DNA of 64,000 nucleotides from Escherichia coli (GTDB lineage Bacteria; Pseudomonadota; Gammaproteobacteria; Enterobacterales; Enterobacteriaceae): NCBI RefSeq assembly GCF_003790525.1, contig NZ_CP033635.1; one strand, 5' to 3'. Shown piece by piece: positions 60,408 to 64,000 of this stretch (position 1 is its first letter; each line of letters starts with the position of its first letter). The notes under the pieces were generated by a model. It saw only the letters and a program-made list of their open reading frames with translations, ran no database searches and was not told where the DNA came from. The position numbers and the translations under genes were made by a program.

Positions 60408-61604
60408 TTACAGAAATGGTAAAGAAGGCATAACTCCCCGTGAAATACTGGCTAAGAAGCCTTTATCTGGTTGTTCTTCTTTATTGATTAAAGGAAGGTC
60501 ATCCAAATCGCCCAGCAAATACGTATTTTTTGCCTGCCAGTCAATCATCCATATTTTCAGCAGTGGGTAAGCCAGACCACCCGTAATCCCGGATATCACC
60601 ACCAACGCACACATGCGATAAAGCATACCGTGGTACGTTAAAGTTGAGCGAAAACGAATACGCCCATCATTCAGTGACAGGTTGCTCATAAAATGATTTC
60701 GCAACGACACCGTTAAATAACTGGTGCTAACAGCAATCCCAAAATAATAGATTAACTGCGCGATTATCATTTTACGTTGCATTTCCATAAATTGCTGTAA
60801 ATTCTCAATATTATCATTTGCATACCCAGAACTATCATACTCATTTAATATTTGATCGAAGATAATATAACCAGCAACAGCGAGAAAAGGTAATAAAGCT
60901 AAAAATGCGAGAATGGCATATTTTATACAATATGTAGTATCTAATTTCACCTTGAAACGGTGTATACCGAAACTGGTATTACTCCAGAGAAAACTCATTA
61001 CCAGACTATATAAAGTGCCATTAAAAATACCAATGGAAACAATACCAACTATTGTCATCAGAACCACAGATATAATAACGCTACTTGAACTATTGGCATG
61101 TAGCATCTTTGTCGAGATAAAGAAAACAGTCCCCATCCCAAGGGCCATTAAAATCGGCAAGAAAAAGGTCACCCACCAGAACCCTTTCATAGAGCAATTA
61201 AAACTAAATCTTACGCCGTTGAGACTGGTCATCAAGGCCTGATAACGCAGTCCTTTTGCTGCCATAAATATAAGCAAAACCAACAGTGACAAAGTCAAAA
61301 CACAGCCAATAAGCGGCATATCTGCTGACACTGTCATTAAGATTGCGAAATAGAAAAAAACAAAAACAAGACAACTAACAAAAACATTCCCACCGGTAAT
61401 CCCATAAGAAAATCGTTGTCCGTTAACTTCCATATTAGCATAGAGATAACGCTTACATTTCATTAATGCCCATGGTAAATAGATACCTAGCGTTATAATC
61501 GTTAACAACACATTCACCACACAAATAAGAAAATATCTCTCACCTGTACCATGAAAAACAAACGAATGGGACGGAACATCCATATCATTAATAACTTGAG
61601 CCAT
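60408..61604 (-). CDS. yjgN: DUF898 inner-membrane protein YjgN
   Basis: Track ORF 60408..61631. ATG 61604 gives MAQVINDMDVPSHSF..., as recalled for K-12. Confidence 0.88.
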   Translation of the reverse strand: MAQVINDMDVPSHSFVFHGTGERYFLICVVNVLLTIITLGIYLPWALMKCKRYLYANMEVNGQRFSYGITGGNVFVSCLVFVFFYFAILMTVSADMPLIGCVLTLSLLVLLIFMAAKGLRYQALMTSLNGVRFSFNCSMKGFWWVTFFLPILMALGMGTVFFISTKMLHANSSSSVIISVVLMTIVGIVSIGIFNGTLYSLVMSFLWSNTSFGIHRFKVKLDTTYCIKYAILAFLALLPFLAVAGYIIFDQILNEYDSSGYANDNIENLQQFMEMQRKMIIAQLIYYFGIAVSTSYLTVSLRNHFMSNLSLNDGRIRFRSTLTYHGMLYRMCALVVISGITGGLAYPLLKIWMIDWQAKNTYLLGDLDDLPLINKEEQPDKGFLASISRGVMPSLPFL

Positions 61605-61796
61605 AAAAATTCCCTGAATTAAAAAATCCATTGATATAATTTATATATACAGACAGTAAAATGTTCTGCCACGTTACAATACTCTTATCAGTAATAGGCT
61701 GGCAAAAACTTTATTGCTTTATAAGATGCTTGCGCACGTAAGAAGAGAGTGGTATTAAACAAATGTATAATTACTTTATTTTTATTGGGTTAAACT

Positions 61797-62300
61797 ATGA
61801 ATAACATTGCGCCGCAATCACCTGTAATGCGTCGCCTGACGCTGCAGGATAATCCTGCTATCGCCCGCGTCATTCGTCAGGTATCCGCCGAATACGGTCT
61901 TACCGCTGATAAAGGCTACACCGTCGCCGATCCGAATCTTGACGAGCTGTATCAAGTGTATAGTCAGCCTGGCCATGCATATTGGGTGGTTGAGTACGAG
62001 GGTGAAGTGGTCGGCGGCGGTGGGATTGCGCCATTAACCGGGAGTGAGTCGGACATTTGCGAACTGCAAAAGATGTATTTTCTTCCGGCTATTCGCGGTA
62101 AAGGGCTAGCGAAAAAACTGGCCTTAATGGCGATGGAGCAGGCACGAGAGATGGGCTTCAAACGCTGCTATCTGGAAACGACCGCTTTTTTAAAGGAAGC
62201 CATTGCGCTTTATGAGCATTTGGGCTTTGAGCATATCGACTATGCGCTTGGCTGCACGGGCCATGTCGATTGTGAAGTGCGGATGCTACGCGAACTCTAA
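61797..62300 (+). CDS. yjgM: GNAT-family acetyltransferase YjgM
   Basis: 167 aa with the GNAT motif [10 protein letters not shown]-12 synteny. Confidence 0.88.
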   Translation: MNNIAPQSPVMRRLTLQDNPAIARVIRQVSAEYGLTADKGYTVADPNLDELYQVYSQPGHAYWVVEYEGEVVGGGGIAPLTGSESDICELQKMYFLPAIRGKGLAKKLALMAMEQAREMGFKRCYLETTAFLKEAIALYEHLGFEHIDYALGCTGHVDCEVRMLREL

Positions 62301-62304
62301 AAAA

Positions 62305-62335
62305 ATGCCCGCTAGTATGTGCTATCGGGCATTTT
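62305..62335. terminator. hairpin terminator between yjgM and rraB
   Basis: ATGCCCG...CGGGCAT followed by TTTT. Confidence 0.7.
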
Positions 62336-62345
62336 AATCAATTAA

Positions 62346-62762
62346 TTAGTGGCGAACCCCGTCATCGTCTTCATCGACAAAATCTTCATCGTCGCCATCT
62401 TCGCCGTTAGGATCTTCAAAGTAAGTGCCCCAACCGTCGTACTCAACGTCAAATTTCTCCGCCAGCGTCATCAGTTGTTCAACCTGGGCATCGATCAGAT
62501 CGGCATTCAACGCGCACTCGCTGAGGATGTCGCAGCAAATCACGATATCACCATCTTCAACTTCCAGCTCTTCTGGATCGGTCACTTCGTAACCGAGTTT
62601 AAACGCTTCAACTGCCGCTTTTTCCAGAGTTTCCAGATCGTCTGCGGAAAGATGGTGTTCGATGGTGTACAGCGCGTCCGGATCGCTGCCATCTTCCAGT
62701 AATTCTTCAATAATCAAACGTGTTTCTTCACGCTGTTCTTCCAGTTGTTCCGGGTTTGCCAT
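62346..62762 (-). CDS. rraB: RNase E regulator RraB
   Basis: 138 aa, highly acidic, [29 protein letters not shown]... Confidence 0.93.
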
Positions 62763-62859
62763 GGCTCATTCCTCTTAATGTCCTGCCGATACTCTTATTG
62801 TCACACACCACTGACATTGCCTCCACCTTTGTGATAAAGATTTATGCTTTAGACTTGCA

Positions 62860-62898
62860 AATGAATAATAATTCATATAAATTGAATTTTAATTCATT
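62860..62898 (+). promoter_or_regulatory. two tandem ARG boxes (ArgR operator) of the argI promoter
   Basis: AATGAATAATAATTCATA and ATTGAATTTTAATTCATT, 3 bp apart. Both fit TNTGAATWWWWATTCANW. Confidence 0.8.
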
Positions 62899-62923
62899 AA
62901 GGCGTTAGCCACAGGAGGGATCT

Positions 62924-63928
62924 ATGTCCGGGTTTTATCATAAGCATTTCCTGAAATTACTCGATTTCACGCCAGCTGAACTCAACAGCCTGCTGCAGTT
63001 AGCCGCGAAGCTGAAAGCCGATAAGAAAAGCGGTAAAGAAGAAGCCAAACTCACTGGTAAAAACATCGCGCTCATCTTCGAAAAAGACTCGACCCGTACC
63101 CGATGCTCTTTCGAAGTTGCCGCATATGACCAGGGTGCTCGTGTTACTTATCTCGGCCCAAGCGGCAGCCAAATTGGTCATAAAGAGTCGATTAAAGACA
63201 CTGCCCGCGTGCTTGGTCGCATGTATGACGGTATTCAGTATCGCGGCTATGGTCAGGAGATTGTCGAAACACTGGCGGAATACGCTGGCGTGCCGGTATG
63301 GAACGGCCTGACCAATGAGTTTCACCCCACGCAGCTGCTGGCGGATCTCCTCACCATGCAGGAGCATTTGCCCGGCAAAACGTTCAACGAAATGACGCTG
63401 GTCTATGCAGGTGACGCACGTAACAACATGGGCAATTCGATGCTCGAAGCTGCAGCGCTTACCGGTCTGGATTTGCGTCTGGTCGCGCCACAGGCATGCT
63501 GGCCGGAAGCTGCGCTGGTTACGGAATGCCGCGCCCTGGCACAACAAAATGGCGGGAATATTACGCTGACGGAAGATGTAGCTAAAGGAGTTGAAGGTGC
63601 TGACTTTATCTATACCGATGTATGGGTGTCGATGGGTGAAGCAAAAGAGAAATGGGCTGAACGCATTGCATTGCTGCGTGATTATCAAGTGAACAGCAAG
63701 ATGATGCAGTTGACCGGTAACCCGGAGGTCAAATTCCTCCACTGCCTGCCCGCGTTTCATGACGACCAAACGACGCTTGGCAAAAAAATGGCGGAAGAGT
63801 TTGGCCTACATGGCGGAATGGAAGTGACTGATGAGGTCTTCGAATCTGCCGCCAGCATTGTATTTGATCAGGCGGAAAACCGCATGCATACCATCAAAGC
63901 GGTGATGGTCGCGACGCTCAGTAAATAA
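62924..63928 (+). CDS. argI: ornithine carbamoyltransferase
   Basis: 334 aa, [24 protein letters not shown]..., with STRTR and HCLP motifs. Located next to rraB, as for K-12 argI. Confidence 0.95.
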   Translation: MSGFYHKHFLKLLDFTPAELNSLLQLAAKLKADKKSGKEEAKLTGKNIALIFEKDSTRTRCSFEVAAYDQGARVTYLGPSGSQIGHKESIKDTARVLGRMYDGIQYRGYGQEIVETLAEYAGVPVWNGLTNEFHPTQLLADLLTMQEHLPGKTFNEMTLVYAGDARNNMGNSMLEAAALTGLDLRLVAPQACWPEAALVTECRALAQQNGGNITLTEDVAKGVEGADFIYTDVWVSMGEAKEKWAERIALLRDYQVNSKMMQLTGNPEVKFLHCLPAFHDDQTTLGKKMAEEFGLHGGMEVTDEVFESAASIVFDQAENRMHTIKAVMVATLSK

Positions 63929-64000
63929 TTGATATCGCTATAAAGATGCCGGGAAATACAAAAACATCCCGGCGTCACATTATTTTATGCAGTGATAGTT

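Overview
Escherichia coli chromosomal window. The right ~11 kb (52.96-64.0 kb) is conserved core, collinear with my recollection of K-12 in reverse orientation: lptG-lptF, pepA-holC-valS, yjgN, yjgM, rraB, argI. Everything left of lptG (1 to about 52.75 kb) is one large, IS-scarred mosaic genomic island. Its right edge is a P4-type tyrosine integrase directly beside lptG, and I can find no tRNA gene there. Its left edge, cut by the window, is the conserved tail of CP4-57/CP4-6-type elements: YfjP-type GTPase, DUF905, DUF932, antirestriction, RadC. In between are an alpA plus three YfjJ/YagK (inovirus Gp2-type) genes, a FinO/ProQ-domain pseudogene, and cargo blocks separated by IS debris (IS1-family, IS1414-like, IS629-like, IS110-family, IS2, several IS66-family pieces). 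Cargo includes: a short trimeric autotransporter adhesin with a LuxR-type gene; EAST1 (astA) hidden out of frame inside the IS1414-like transposase; an MliC-like lysozyme inhibitor; a nanE-like/PTS(frameshifted)/rpiR sugar locus; a phytase-like secreted protein; an orphan ugpB copy with its Pho-box promoter; a mazF/pemK remnant; an AT-rich TRAP transporter; an scsB-scsD deletion remnant; a ChuA-type heme receptor with a DUF4198 gene; an orphan pepT-like/dppA-like pair; a truncated hok-like toxin; and an envelope cluster (DolP paralogue, YebF paralogue, Hra/Hek/Tia-type adhesin). No CRISPR array, rRNA or convincing tRNA was seen. The best candidates for undescribed biology are: (i) a convergent, stop-overlapping pair of unknown genes (4035-5797), one with a ribbon-helix-helix-like tail, at the island position where K-12 CP4-57 carries rnlAB; (ii) an integrase-proximal AT-rich three-gene cassette (49736-51117: 117-aa unknown, 4-Cys zinc ribbon, EcsC-family); (iii) a ~1.7 kb stretch (5.85-7.52 kb), free of called ORFs over its last 1.13 kb, with an iteron-like repeat array. 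All functional calls rest on reading the supplied translations and on recollected family features. No database search was run.
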